Source of the DNA: a virus
Lineage: Duplodnaviria > Caudoviricetes
Strand: one strand, 5' to 3'
Virus record (IMG/VR): IMGVR_UViG_3300027917_000018
Span: 1 to 64,000 of that record
Length of the DNA stretch: 64,000 nt
A program made the position numbers and the translations under genes. Below are positions 44,219-53,249 of the stretch, piece after piece (positions within the stretch are counted from its first letter, which is position 1; every line of letters starts with the position of its first letter). The notes beneath the pieces were generated by a model. The model saw only the letters and a list, made by a program, of their open reading frames with translations. It was not told the origin of the DNA and made no database searches.

Positions 44219-46429
44219 ATGGCAACGATTCGCACGAAAACATTTCCGGGCGTCTATACGCAAATCATCGACCGGAGCTATCTGCTACCGCAGACAAGCC
44301 GGTTCCGTGGCGGCCTGATTGGCGTGGCGCGTAAAGGCCCGTTTGACACGCCAACCTCAGTGCGGTCGCTCCAGGAATTCCAGCGGCTGTTTGGCCAACC
44401 TCTGGTTGGGAACTATTTCCTGGCCAATGCGGTCGCCATTCTGTCCGACCTCACGGACGGCATGAAGGTGGTCCGTGTCGGGTTCCGGTCCGACAGCCTG
44501 CCGGGTGCGACCTTCACGGCTTCGGCGCTTTCCGTCACTGGGACGGTTACGCCCTACGCCAAGGGGTCGGTGCTCGATCCGGCGCTGTGGAGCGGGGACG
44601 TTTACGTCACCGTCAAGCAGGCTGGGCTGGCGCAGACTGTCAACCAGGTTGTGACCTCGGTCGGCAGCATCGGCCCGGACAGCGCCCTGGTTTCGTTTAC
44701 GGACGCCGACGCCATCAAGGCTCTCTACACCAACGCGACGGTCGAGTACTCGATCGGCAACCCGCACGCCAACGAGGCTCAGGGCCTGCTTTACGCCTAC
44801 ACCTACGGCTCCAACAGCGGCGATCCGTGGGATGCCCCGCTTTACACGGGCTCCTACGTGGTGACCTGCTCGGGCGATAAGGGCGACTACGAGATTCAGC
44901 TGACCCACCCGAGCACCTATTCGCTTTTCGCCGTTGGTGACCTGCTCAAGATCAGCCAAACCGGCAAGAACGACACCCAGGAAGTCAGGGTCAAGCAGGC
45001 GCTCCCCGATGGGCGCGTGTTGCTGGAAACCACCGATTTGCCGGGCAAGGGCTACCAAGCCCTGGCGCTTCAGGACAGCTACACGGCTGCCTACGTTTAC
45101 CGGAAAACCGGCTCCATCTCCTACATCAACCTTGAGGCGGCTTCGGCGGGTGACTGGGCCAACAGTGGCGACATCACCGCCGGGCTCTTCGTTAAGGTGC
45201 GCCCCGGCGGCAAGGCCAACACCAAGAAGTTCGAGGTTTACGAGGACGGGGCCTTGGTCGAGACCATCGACAACCTCTACAACGGCAGCGGCACCAATTC
45301 GTGGTCGGGCCGGATCAACGGCAACAGCCAGTACATCAGCGTCGTCAGCGTGGCCACGTCCGGGACGATGAATTACCTCCCGGCCAATTACAGCTATGGC
45401 TACGAGGCCGGGGCCTATCTGATCAACTCCGGGTACAACAACTCGGGCGGCAGCTTCAGTGAAGGCTACAACGGCGAGGCCGCCACGGCGGAGGACTTCA
45501 TTGGACGCTACGACCCGACGACGGATCGGTACACCGGCATCCAGTCCTTCATCGATACGCCCGAGGCGCGGGTCGACATCATGTGCTGCCCCGGCATCAC
45601 CGACGGCGGAAGCTACGATCCGCTCGGCGGCGACACCAGCGGCCTCCACCGCCGGATGTATGAAGTCTGCAACCGGATCAATGCCCTGGCCATCATCGAC
45701 GTTCCTCCGGCGCTCAATGCTCGGCAGGCCATCGACTGGCACAATGGCGATGGCCTCTACAGCGGGCGTGGCCGGATCGACAGCTACAACATCAGCTGTT
45801 TCTGGAACTGGTTCACCATTTCCGACCCGTTCACCGGGGAGGACAAGACGGTGCCGCCCACCTTGGGCGCTCTGCGATGTTTGGCCTTCACGTTCGACCG
45901 CGACAAGCCGTGGTATGTGGCGGCGGGCGACCAGCGCGGCATCATCCCCGAGGCCAAGTACGTCGAGTTCGAGCACGTGTCCGACGACACCAAGCAGTCG
46001 ATGTACGGCAACGGGCAGTCCATCAACGGCATCTTCCTCGATCGGGGACAGATCAAGCTGTGGGGCGAGCGGACGATGCAGGTGGCCGAGAGCAAGCTCT
46101 CCGTCAACCACAACGTTATCCTCGTCAACTATGTGGTCTACAACCTGTCGGAGATTGGCCGCCGGTTCATCTTCGAGCCCAACGATCCCGAGCTGCTGGT
46201 GCGGGTCCGCCTGGCCTTCGCCCAGTTCCTCGACAACGTCAAGACGGAGCGCGGCATCGAGGAATACGTGCTGGTCATTGACGACACCAACAACTCGGCG
46301 GACACGCGGAACCGCCGCGAGGTCATTGTTGACCTGGCTATTGTCCCGACCGATTCGGTCGAGCGCATCTACATCACCGCCACGGTGCGCGAAAGCGGCG
46401 CGGTGCTTGATGAACTGAACGCTGAGTAA
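44219..46429 (+). CDS. gp18: contractile tail sheath protein
   Basis: FPGVYTQIIDRSY...G+ARKGP..TP; C-terminal PWY.AAG..RG...LWGERT...LS.N...L...RFIFEPND...IVPT..VE.IYI. Confidence 0.95.
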   Translation: MATIRTKTFPGVYTQIIDRSYLLPQTSRFRGGLIGVARKGPFDTPTSVRSLQEFQRLFGQPLVGNYFLANAVAILSDLTDGMKVVRVGFRSDSLPGATFTASALSVTGTVTPYAKGSVLDPALWSGDVYVTVKQAGLAQTVNQVVTSVGSIGPDSALVSFTDADAIKALYTNATVEYSIGNPHANEAQGLLYAYTYGSNSGDPWDAPLYTGSYVVTCSGDKGDYEIQLTHPSTYSLFAVGDLLKISQTGKNDTQEVRVKQALPDGRVLLETTDLPGKGYQALALQDSYTAAYVYRKTGSISYINLEAASAGDWANSGDITAGLFVKVRPGGKANTKKFEVYEDGALVETIDNLYNGSGTNSWSGRINGNSQYISVVSVATSGTMNYLPANYSYGYEAGAYLINSGYNNSGGSFSEGYNGEAATAEDFIGRYDPTTDRYTGIQSFIDTPEARVDIMCCPGITDGGSYDPLGGDTSGLHRRMYEVCNRINALAIIDVPPALNARQAIDWHNGDGLYSGRGRIDSYNISCFWNWFTISDPFTGEDKTVPPTLGALRCLAFTFDRDKPWYVAAGDQRGIIPEAKYVEFEHVSDDTKQSMYGNGQSINGIFLDRGQIKLWGERTMQVAESKLSVNHNVILVNYVVYNLSEIGRRFIFEPNDPELLVRVRLAFAQFLDNVKTERGIEEYVLVIDDTNNSADTRNRREVIVDLAIVPTDSVERIYITATVRESGAVLDELNAE

Positions 46430-46450
46430 ACCAAACAGTCCTAACGTTTT

Positions 46451-47056
46451 ATGGCAAGGCTACGTTACAAAAACACGTTCGCGTCGCAGAATTCGCGACT
46501 CGACCTCCAGCGTGTTGACCTTTTCAAGATCACCCTGGAGCTGCCCACCGCGCTCGGCCTTCCGTGGGACGAGCACGTTGAATTTGCCGTCGAGAAGTTC
46601 CCATTCCCTGACCGGAACAAGGAACTCATCGCCGTCAAGTACATGCAGCAAACCAACCAGATGCTTGGTGCCGACTCGAACAGCGGGCCGGTCGACATCC
46701 CGGTGCGGTATGCCTTCGCCCAGCGCACTGCCGAGGCGCTGGAGAAGTGGTTCTGGCTCATTGCCAACCCGCTCACGGGCGGCGTCGGTCTGACCAGCGA
46801 GGTCAAGTGTATGGGCTTCATGCGCTGGCTGATCCCCAACATGCGCAAGCAGATCGCCGACATCCGCAGCCAGGCTATCCCTGGTGAGGACACGATGCGG
46901 GACGGAGCCACCTACGTCCTGGAAGGCTGCCTGATCCGTGGCCTGAAGTTCATCGACGCGGACATGACGACCAGCAACTACGTCAACCTGCAATTCGGCC
47001 TGTCAGTTGACCGTTGGTATCCCGAAAACATTGAGGCACTCCAGCAAACCTATTGA
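46451..47056 (+). CDS. gp19: tail tube protein, gp19-like
   Basis: Follows the sheath gene; LFKITL...FPFP...LEKWFW...YVLEGCLI..L...D...LSVDRW. Confidence 0.8.
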   Translation: MARLRYKNTFASQNSRLDLQRVDLFKITLELPTALGLPWDEHVEFAVEKFPFPDRNKELIAVKYMQQTNQMLGADSNSGPVDIPVRYAFAQRTAEALEKWFWLIANPLTGGVGLTSEVKCMGFMRWLIPNMRKQIADIRSQAIPGEDTMRDGATYVLEGCLIRGLKFIDADMTTSNYVNLQFGLSVDRWYPENIEALQQTY

Positions 47057-47553
47057 TGCGCCCCTCTGGCCTAGTCAGTGTCACTCGGATTGTCGACGGT
47101 TTCGGGCGGGAGATTCCCCTCGAAGCCGCGATCCGTTATGGGTGGATCAGCCCCGAGCACCTGGCCGACACGCCAAACCTTTTTGTCGACCAGGGACGCC
47201 AGCTGCTGGCCTATTGCTTCGCGTTTCGCAGCCCGATCGAGAATTACACCTGCTCCAAGTTCGGCGTCGGCACAGGCACCACGGCGGCCAAGGTGACCGA
47301 TGTCGGCCTGGAAGCCCCGGTGGCGCTCTCCTCGGGCAATTACACCGCTGCGGTGGACAGCGTGGACTTCCTGACGGCCTTTGTGGTCCGGGTGGCCTTT
47401 ACGCTCGGCTTAGCCGACGCCAATGGCAGCCTGATCACCGAGATGGGGCTTTTCAGCGGGAACGATTCCTTGATGGCACGGCGCGTCAGGACCGTGGGCA
47501 TCAACAAGACGAGCGACTTTGCTCCAACCCTGACGTGGCGAATCCGATTTTAA
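47056..47553 (+). CDS. tail-collar/fibre-attachment-like protein
   Basis: FVDQGRQLLA...FGVGTG...TD..LE.P...ITEMGLF...MARRV...KT...L.W.I.F pattern. Confidence 0.65.
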   Translation: MRPSGLVSVTRIVDGFGREIPLEAAIRYGWISPEHLADTPNLFVDQGRQLLAYCFAFRSPIENYTCSKFGVGTGTTAAKVTDVGLEAPVALSSGNYTAAVDSVDFLTAFVVRVAFTLGLADANGSLITEMGLFSGNDSLMARRVRTVGINKTSDFAPTLTWRIRF

Positions 47554-47565
47554 CCCCTTGCGATT

Positions 47566-47919
47566 ATGGTAATTCACTGCACTGACGGCCAGGTGGTAGG
47601 CGAGACTGAAAGCACACTTTTCAACGTGCTCCAGCAAGGCCCGGTCTCCATGATGGTCATTATCAAGAATTCGGGCGTGAACACCATGAACTACCGGTTC
47701 CAGGAGTACAACGGAACCGCGTGGGTCGACCTCGGGGCCTCGGGGACGGACTATTACAACACGCTGAGTGCCAGCCAGGTCCGCTCCTTCAAGGTCACGT
47801 CCAATTACCCGCAGGTGCAGATGGTTGGCAATGCGTCCGGTGGTGCGTTCATCGACTTCTCAGTGACCCGCTACTATAACCGGGCCGCAGGCGGGAGCAT
47901 TCCTATCCTCGCGCTGTAG
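47566..47919 (+). CDS. small beta-rich putative virion protein
   Basis: Resembles 39258..39707. Confidence 0.55.
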   Translation: MVIHCTDGQVVGETESTLFNVLQQGPVSMMVIIKNSGVNTMNYRFQEYNGTAWVDLGASGTDYYNTLSASQVRSFKVTSNYPQVQMVGNASGGAFIDFSVTRYYNRAAGGSIPILAL

Positions 47920-48802
47920 GCACGTCCTCCTCGTCGTCCTCGACCATCCGGCTGCGGCTGTGTTCCCGCAGCCGGTAGCTTCGGTAGATCGGCATGTAAG
48001 TGCCGTACAAGTCCTGCCAGTCCTCCAGCAGTTTCGGATCGCCAAGTTGGAGCGGTCTCGGCTCCGGCACATCTACCTCCATGTGGAGCAAGGTTCGATC
48101 GAGGCAGTCCGTGAATTGAAGATGGAGGGAATGAGGCAGTTGCGCCAGGATGGCTTCAAAGGCCGCCTCAAAGCTCATGTCCTCGGTGACCTTCTCGAAG
48201 AGCTTCTTCACTTTGACCGGCCCGTAGCCGTAGAGACCGGAGATGGCATCGGTCTTGTCGCCGAGAATGGCCAGAGCGATGGCCAGCTGGCTGGGATGCT
48301 TAATATGCCACTTGTTATTGATGGCCCGGCTGGTTAGCAGTGACTTTTGGTTGAGGCAGAAAAACTGGACGCGACCGCCCTGGAGCTGTTGCAAGTCTTT
48401 GTCGCCGGACGCGACAAAGATGATGTCAGCCTTACTTTTGTAAACGGCGCTGCACACGACATCGTCGCCTTCGCAGCGGTTGGCCACCGCGTTGGCTGTA
48501 TCGAGGACAGCTTCCAGCATACCCATGACGATTTCGCGGGTCTCGTGATAATTGCTTGGCTTGGGGTCCCTGCCCTTGTCCGAAATGCCCTGGCCGCCTT
48601 CGCCGTCCCAGGCAAACAGCGTTCTGTCGATCCGCTCACCCAGCCGGTCGCTTAAGGGATCGATCAAGCTCAGCGCCGTGGCCATGCAGGCTTTCATCGC
48701 GTCGGCGGGCCTGGCCATCTTGCTCCCGGAGCGCTGGGCGTACGCCACGGCGTAGTAGGCCCTGGCGTAGAGGCTGTTGCCATCCACGATGAGGTCGGTC
48801 AT
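47903..48802 (-). CDS. 5'-3' exonuclease (PolI N-terminal/T4 RNase H/FEN family)
   Basis: LIVDGNSL...EGDDV...SGDKDLQQL...ILGDKTDAISGLYGYGPVK (H3TH motif). Confidence 0.92.
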   Translation of the reverse strand: MTDLIVDGNSLYARAYYAVAYAQRSGSKMARPADAMKACMATALSLIDPLSDRLGERIDRTLFAWDGEGGQGISDKGRDPKPSNYHETREIVMGMLEAVLDTANAVANRCEGDDVVCSAVYKSKADIIFVASGDKDLQQLQGGRVQFFCLNQKSLLTSRAINNKWHIKHPSQLAIALAILGDKTDAISGLYGYGPVKVKKLFEKVTEDMSFEAAFEAILAQLPHSLHLQFTDCLDRTLLHMEVDVPEPRPLQLGDPKLLEDWQDLYGTYMPIYRSYRLREHSRSRMVEDDEEDVPTARG

Positions 48803-48999
48803 AGTTCGTCTTCCACTTCAGGAGGAAGAACCGGGCTCCCCTCGTCCTGTTTGAGCCGCTCAACGGACATCTCCGTGAAGAGGTCCAGGACCCAGTCGGG
48901 AGCTTTGGAAAGGTCGCAAGTAAAGCCGCGTCGCAGCCAGCAAAGGTCAAAGACTCTTTGCCACCTGTTTTGTAAACGTTCCGACGCGGCCCGAACGAA
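48799..48999 (-). CDS. startless +1-frame ORF, probable frameshift extension of the gp26-like gene
   Basis: 66 codons (FVRAASERLQNRWQRVFDLCW...EVEDEL*) bounded upstream by in-frame TGA/TAG; no early start codon; its stop overlaps the exonuclease ATG (ATGA). Confidence 0.6.
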   Translation of the reverse strand, partial: FVRAASERLQNRWQRVFDLCWLRRGFTCDLSKAPDWVLDLFTEMSVERLKQDEGSPVLPPEVEDEL

Positions 49000-49762
49000 A
49001 AAATTCGGTCCCTATATTCAGCGGCCACCGGTAGACTTGCTTGCAATTCACGCACTGCTGCTGGAGGTCCAGCTCAAGATGGGGCGTGATGTCGTTTTCT
49101 TGGTCCTCCAGGAACTTGGCATCCTTGGGCGGCAGCGCTGTGTACCACGCTACCAATTCCTGCATGTTGTCGGGCCGCTCGCCTCCCACGGTCTCGACCA
49201 TCGTCACGATCCGGGCGACCGAATCCGGGCAGAGTTTCTTGGACTCAGGGGTTCGGCCAAGGATGTTGATTTCGTCCCCGATCAGGAGCGGACGGATTGT
49301 TAGCGTGTCGCCGACGACCGGAAGCGTGATGCTTTCGTGCCCCGGATAGCCGGGAGGCTTCTTGCCCATCGGCACCAGTTCGTCGGGCACGATGATCTTG
49401 TCTTCCTCCTCGTGATTGCAGTAGGGGCAGGAGGCCACGTAGAAGATTTCGCAGTCGGTTTGGATGGACCGGGAAACCATCAGCACGGTCAGCACGTCCC
49501 CTGAGACGAACCGTTCCAGCGGGCAGCCATTGAGGTTGCAGACCTTCTCCAGGAGCCTGAAGAGGATCGCCTCGTTCTCCATCCCGGCCTCGCGGCGCGC
49601 CTCTTGCAGCCAGGTGTCGATTTGATAATCCCAGGGGTAAACCGTGATTTCTCCGTTGGGGAACGCCTCCGGGCAGCTGTAGCCGCCGCTCAGAAGCGCG
49701 ATCTTTTTAGCGAACTTTTCCCGGCGCGGGGTCAAGTCCTTCAGGTTCGTCTTGATAGCCAT
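48947..49762 (-). CDS. baseplate hub assembly/tail chaperone, T4 gp26-like
   Basis: D+LTVLM.SR.I...Y...CPYC...I.L......TIRPL..GDE...CVNC...FF. Confidence 0.7.
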   Translation of the reverse strand: MAIKTNLKDLTPRREKFAKKIALLSGGYSCPEAFPNGEITVYPWDYQIDTWLQEARREAGMENEAILFRLLEKVCNLNGCPLERFVSGDVLTVLMVSRSIQTDCEIFYVASCPYCNHEEEDKIIVPDELVPMGKKPPGYPGHESITLPVVGDTLTIRPLLIGDEINILGRTPESKKLCPDSVARIVTMVETVGGERPDNMQELVAWYTALPPKDAKFLEDQENDITPHLELDLQQQCVNCKQVYRWPLNIGTEFFRSGRVGTFTKQVAKSL

Positions 49763-49775
49763 ACAGGGAAGAACG

Positions 49776-50774
49776 TTATTCCACGAAGACCTTCTGCGAG
49801 ATGAGCTGGGCGGACTGCGGCTGGATCACGGTTGGTGGCACCTGCGGCGGACTGGTTGGCGTCCCTGGCGTGGCGCTGGTGTGAGTATGCGTGCCCAGCC
49901 ACGCCAGAAGTGAGGCAACCCAGGTCGTGAATTGGATGCCCTTGACGGCGGGCTCGACTGCCGATTCGCTGCCGATCCGTAAAAGCGGGGCCGTGGCGAC
50001 GAAGCTGCTCTGCGCCGTCAAATTGATCTGGTTGGCGGTGACCTCAAAATTGTTTACGAAAGTCGCGCTCAAACCCGAGTCGCCGCTGGCGATCACGTCG
50101 CCCACGAAGTCCAGGTTCGTGTTGCCTGCGATCGTCATATCCAGATCGCCGCTCATGGTCTCCACCCGGATGCTGTTGGCCTGGATGTTCAGCTCCAAGC
50201 CGATTTGCATGTAGAAGTCCTCCAGGATATTCAACAGGCCACCTTGGGTTTCGTCGTTCAGCTCCAAAAACTGTCCGCTTTGCGTGATAAGCTGGAGGTA
50301 GCCGTCGGAGCCAGCACTTGTGGCGTCCAGAGCAAAAAGCCGGTAACCCTTGGAGGTTGTCAGGACGATGCTGCCGGAGGTCCATTCGACCGTGTGGCCG
50401 TAACGGGTCAGAGCGGAGCGCTTGGGCTTGCCTTGGCTCGGACCGACGGCTTCGTACTGGTGAAGCGGAAAATCCTCGTTGGCGGTCGTCGTTTGCATGA
50501 ACCAGGCCCACACCGGCTTTTCCGGTTCGCCGTCGAGGAACTGTACGGCGACCTGGTCACCTGGCTCCGGTAGCCAATCCATGCCGCCGCTTTGCTGAGA
50601 CTGCCCGGCGGGCAGGCCCAAGGGGATCGCCCACGGCAAGTCATCAAGCGGGACCTGGCCGACTGCGCTGCCAAGAATGCCGTAAACGTGCGGTACGCGC
50701 ACTTTAACGCGGCCCAGCTTCTCCGGGTCGTTGACCGCTTCGACCTTTCCAACGTAAATGCCGTTGAGATTCAT
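49776..50774 (-). CDS. baseplate central spike (gp5/gpV-like OB fold), no lysozyme domain
   Basis: YVGKVEAVNDPEKLGRVKVRVP...LPWA...LPEPGDQVAVQFLDG.PEKP; beta-helical middle; C-terminal HTH(T) apex; start at ATG 50774. Confidence 0.88.
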   Translation of the reverse strand: MNLNGIYVGKVEAVNDPEKLGRVKVRVPHVYGILGSAVGQVPLDDLPWAIPLGLPAGQSQQSGGMDWLPEPGDQVAVQFLDGEPEKPVWAWFMQTTTANEDFPLHQYEAVGPSQGKPKRSALTRYGHTVEWTSGSIVLTTSKGYRLFALDATSAGSDGYLQLITQSGQFLELNDETQGGLLNILEDFYMQIGLELNIQANSIRVETMSGDLDMTIAGNTNLDFVGDVIASGDSGLSATFVNNFEVTANQINLTAQSSFVATAPLLRIGSESAVEPAVKGIQFTTWVASLLAWLGTHTHTSATPGTPTSPPQVPPTVIQPQSAQLISQKVFVE

Positions 50775-50816
50775 CGTTCTCAGTGTAACTAGCTTGGGAG
50801 CGCCGATACTTAAGGT

Positions 50817-51590
50817 ATGCCGTTCATCCGGGACACCTTGAACCAATGGGGCCGCCGTGGCGGGGAAAATCCCCAGCGAAACGACCTTTGGCAGGTCGAT
50901 CTTAGCTCCGTGGTCGTGGGCATCAATCTAGCCTTCGAGACTGAGTTTCGCATCGTGCCGAAATGGTACCCGGCATCCATTAGAATTCCTGAGCCAAAGG
51001 TCAAGGCGGAGGCCACGCGCCGGGACAGCCGGTCCTACATGATGCCGAGCTGGGACGAGCCCTTTGACCCGATCATGCTCAATTTCCTGGTCGACGACGG
51101 CGGCTATCGTACTAAGCAGAACACGGCTGTCACGCCCTACAGCGAGATTTACGCAATTCTGGATGCCTGGCGGCGCATGGTGCGCTCTGGTCGTGGCTCG
51201 GTGGGTGCGGAAAGTGAGCCGCTCCGGCTCAACGAGAACTATCAGCAGCCTTTCCTGTTTCCGATTTACCTTTGGACGGCACGGGGCGTGCGCCCGGTGA
51301 ACGCTCTGGCCGCCGCGTACAGCCGGGCTGCGGCTACGTCGCCGCTGGGCGATCCGGCCACCATGTTTCCGGGCTCGACCTCCGCCGCCATCGCCAACAA
51401 GTACGCGACGCTTTCGACCGATAAATTCAGCGCGTCCATGCAGCGTGCGATGGAGACCTCGGGCATTTACATCCTGGAAAGCTGCTGGCTAGGAGGTTTC
51501 AAGCTCGCCGAGCTGAGTTACCGGGGCAGTGATGTCCTTACCTGCGAGGCCACCATTCACACCGCCAACGTCTTGCAACAAATCCCGTGA
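50817..51590 (+). CDS. tail tube paralog / tube initiator (gp19/gp54-like)
   Basis: RNDLWQVDL...I.IP...FDPI.L.F.VD...LDAW...ILESCW...L.ELSY...TIH. Confidence 0.65.
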   Translation: MPFIRDTLNQWGRRGGENPQRNDLWQVDLSSVVVGINLAFETEFRIVPKWYPASIRIPEPKVKAEATRRDSRSYMMPSWDEPFDPIMLNFLVDDGGYRTKQNTAVTPYSEIYAILDAWRRMVRSGRGSVGAESEPLRLNENYQQPFLFPIYLWTARGVRPVNALAAAYSRAAATSPLGDPATMFPGSTSAAIANKYATLSTDKFSASMQRAMETSGIYILESCWLGGFKLAELSYRGSDVLTCEATIHTANVLQQIP

Positions 51591-52711
51591 GCGACCAAGC
51601 AACAGTCCTGCGCCAGATGAGGCCGCCCTACGCGGGCAACGCCAAAATCGTTTACGGCTTTCGCCGCTCCGTTCCTAAAAACTTCGGCTATACGCTGGAG
51701 ATTCCGGTGGGTGGCAACGTCATCGCCCCGGCTGACGGCTCCGTCGAGCTTATTCAGCCGAGTTCGGTCGGATGGCGCTATACCAGTCCTGCGTTAAAGG
51801 GAGGCGCGATCCTGATTCGCATTAACCACGGCTACGGGGTCAAAACCTACATTCACGGCGTTGCCAATCCCAGCGTCGGCTACGGCCAGGTGACGCGGGG
51901 ACAGGTGCTCGGAACCTCGGCTTATGGCGAGGTCTTTTTTGCCGTCGAAGTCTTTGGTTCCATGACCAACCCGTCGCGGGTCAACAGTTTCTTCGCGCCG
52001 CGCAGCGGCAATCTTTACGCGGGTCAGTCCGCGACCATTCGGCAGGCTCCGAACGTGGGCACCTGGTTTGTCTCGGCGCTATCCCAAGTCTGGTACAACG
52101 GCCTTCGTTATTTTACCACGCCCCAACCGTTTTTCGTAAACGTGGATTTCAACGGCGGAGGTTCCAAAGCAGGGCTAGCGGCGGTGGGCTACGCGGAAAC
52201 CGATTACTGGAACGTGCTGGTGCCCTTGGCGGGGCCTTTTGGCTACGCCTCCTACACCACGGACTGCGGCCCGACAGCCTATACCTGGACGGCGGAGCCC
52301 AGCGTCCCGCTGCTGGATTACCGAGGCAAGCCCTCGAAGGTTAGCCTGCGGCGCGTTATCGAGGACAATTTCTATGGCTCCAGCGCTGAATTCGACCCGA
52401 TGCTTAGCACCTACTACGGTGGCTGGAGCGGCAGCACGCCTCGCCAGCAGTGGTACGACATTCGGGGCTTAGCGCCGGGGTCGTACGACATCTACGTTTA
52501 CGCCAATCAGAAAAGTGGCTCGTACACTTCGATCATTTCGATGGCAGTGGCTGGCAGCCTTCCCACGACAAAAGTGCCGCTCAGCACGACTCAGGCTGCT
52601 TGGATTGAGGATTACAATTACGTCAAGTTCACCAAGACCCTGGGTGTCGGCGACTACTTGACCTTTGAGGTCTTAGGCTACATAGGCGGCCTGCAAATCA
52701 CGCGTTCTTAA
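51587..52711 (+). CDS. degenerate M23-peptidase-like domain plus C-terminal beta-sandwich
   Basis: PVGGNVIAPADGSV...IRINHGYGVKTYIHG..V..GQV..GQV+G follows the M23 fold, but the HxxxD motif is missing. Confidence 0.6.
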   Translation: MSDQATVLRQMRPPYAGNAKIVYGFRRSVPKNFGYTLEIPVGGNVIAPADGSVELIQPSSVGWRYTSPALKGGAILIRINHGYGVKTYIHGVANPSVGYGQVTRGQVLGTSAYGEVFFAVEVFGSMTNPSRVNSFFAPRSGNLYAGQSATIRQAPNVGTWFVSALSQVWYNGLRYFTTPQPFFVNVDFNGGGSKAGLAAVGYAETDYWNVLVPLAGPFGYASYTTDCGPTAYTWTAEPSVPLLDYRGKPSKVSLRRVIEDNFYGSSAEFDPMLSTYYGGWSGSTPRQQWYDIRGLAPGSYDIYVYANQKSGSYTSIISMAVAGSLPTTKVPLSTTQAAWIEDYNYVKFTKTLGVGDYLTFEVLGYIGGLQITRS

Positions 52712-52715
52712 CAGC

Positions 52716-53249
52716 GTGCGCGTGCCTTGGCCTCAATATCCACTGGTTTCTGGCTTGTTGGCGATCACCCGCCCGGATCGATTGGCTTTCGGTCGGGCCA
52801 CGCTAATGAGCTTCATGGCTCAAGACTGGCCGTGCCTGGAAGCAGTGGTATTCAACACGACCGATAGGAAGCTCAACCCGCCACGGGGCATCAGGGAAAT
52901 ACGGCTTAGAGCGATGCCACAGGCTCAGATGCTTGGCCTCTGTCGCCACAACGCCGACGGCCAGTATTGCGTGGTTCTGGAAGACGATACTTGGTACGGC
53001 CAGGGGCTCGTCACGACGCTGATGGAGCACGCGGAGCAGGACGCCTTGGTGCTCCTGCGGCGCAAGGTTCGTTATTCGGTCCAGGAGCAGCGTGGGTACT
53101 TGGTCGAGGACGACAGCATTGTGTGCCCGCTGTTTCCAAGGGTCCACCCAGCACCCTATGGTCCAAAGCTGTCGGAGATGGCCGCTCAGTTTCAGTACGT
53201 TCGGCACGCCGATGGCCCGGTTGACCTGATGGTGAAGTTCACGCGATGA
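52716..53249 (+). CDS. short GT2-like glycosyltransferase
   Basis: SF.AQDWPCLE.VVFN...YCVVLEDDTWY. Confidence 0.6.
   Translation: MRVPWPQYPLVSGLLAITRPDRLAFGRATLMSFMAQDWPCLEAVVFNTTDRKLNPPRGIREIRLRAMPQAQMLGLCRHNADGQYCVVLEDDTWYGQGLVTTLMEHAEQDALVLLRRKVRYSVQEQRGYLVEDDSIVCPLFPRVHPAPYGPKLSEMAAQFQYVRHADGPVDLMVKFTR

Noticed and set aside
44357-46111. 584-aa antisense ORF over the sheath gene (likewise 60219..61844 and 22359..23372)
   Set aside because: Same shadow effect; no motifs and no start signals.
32209-51590. Extracellular contractile injection system (eCIS/tailocin) rather than a phage
   Set aside because: Capsid, prohead protease, neck, primase and recombination genes are present in the same window.
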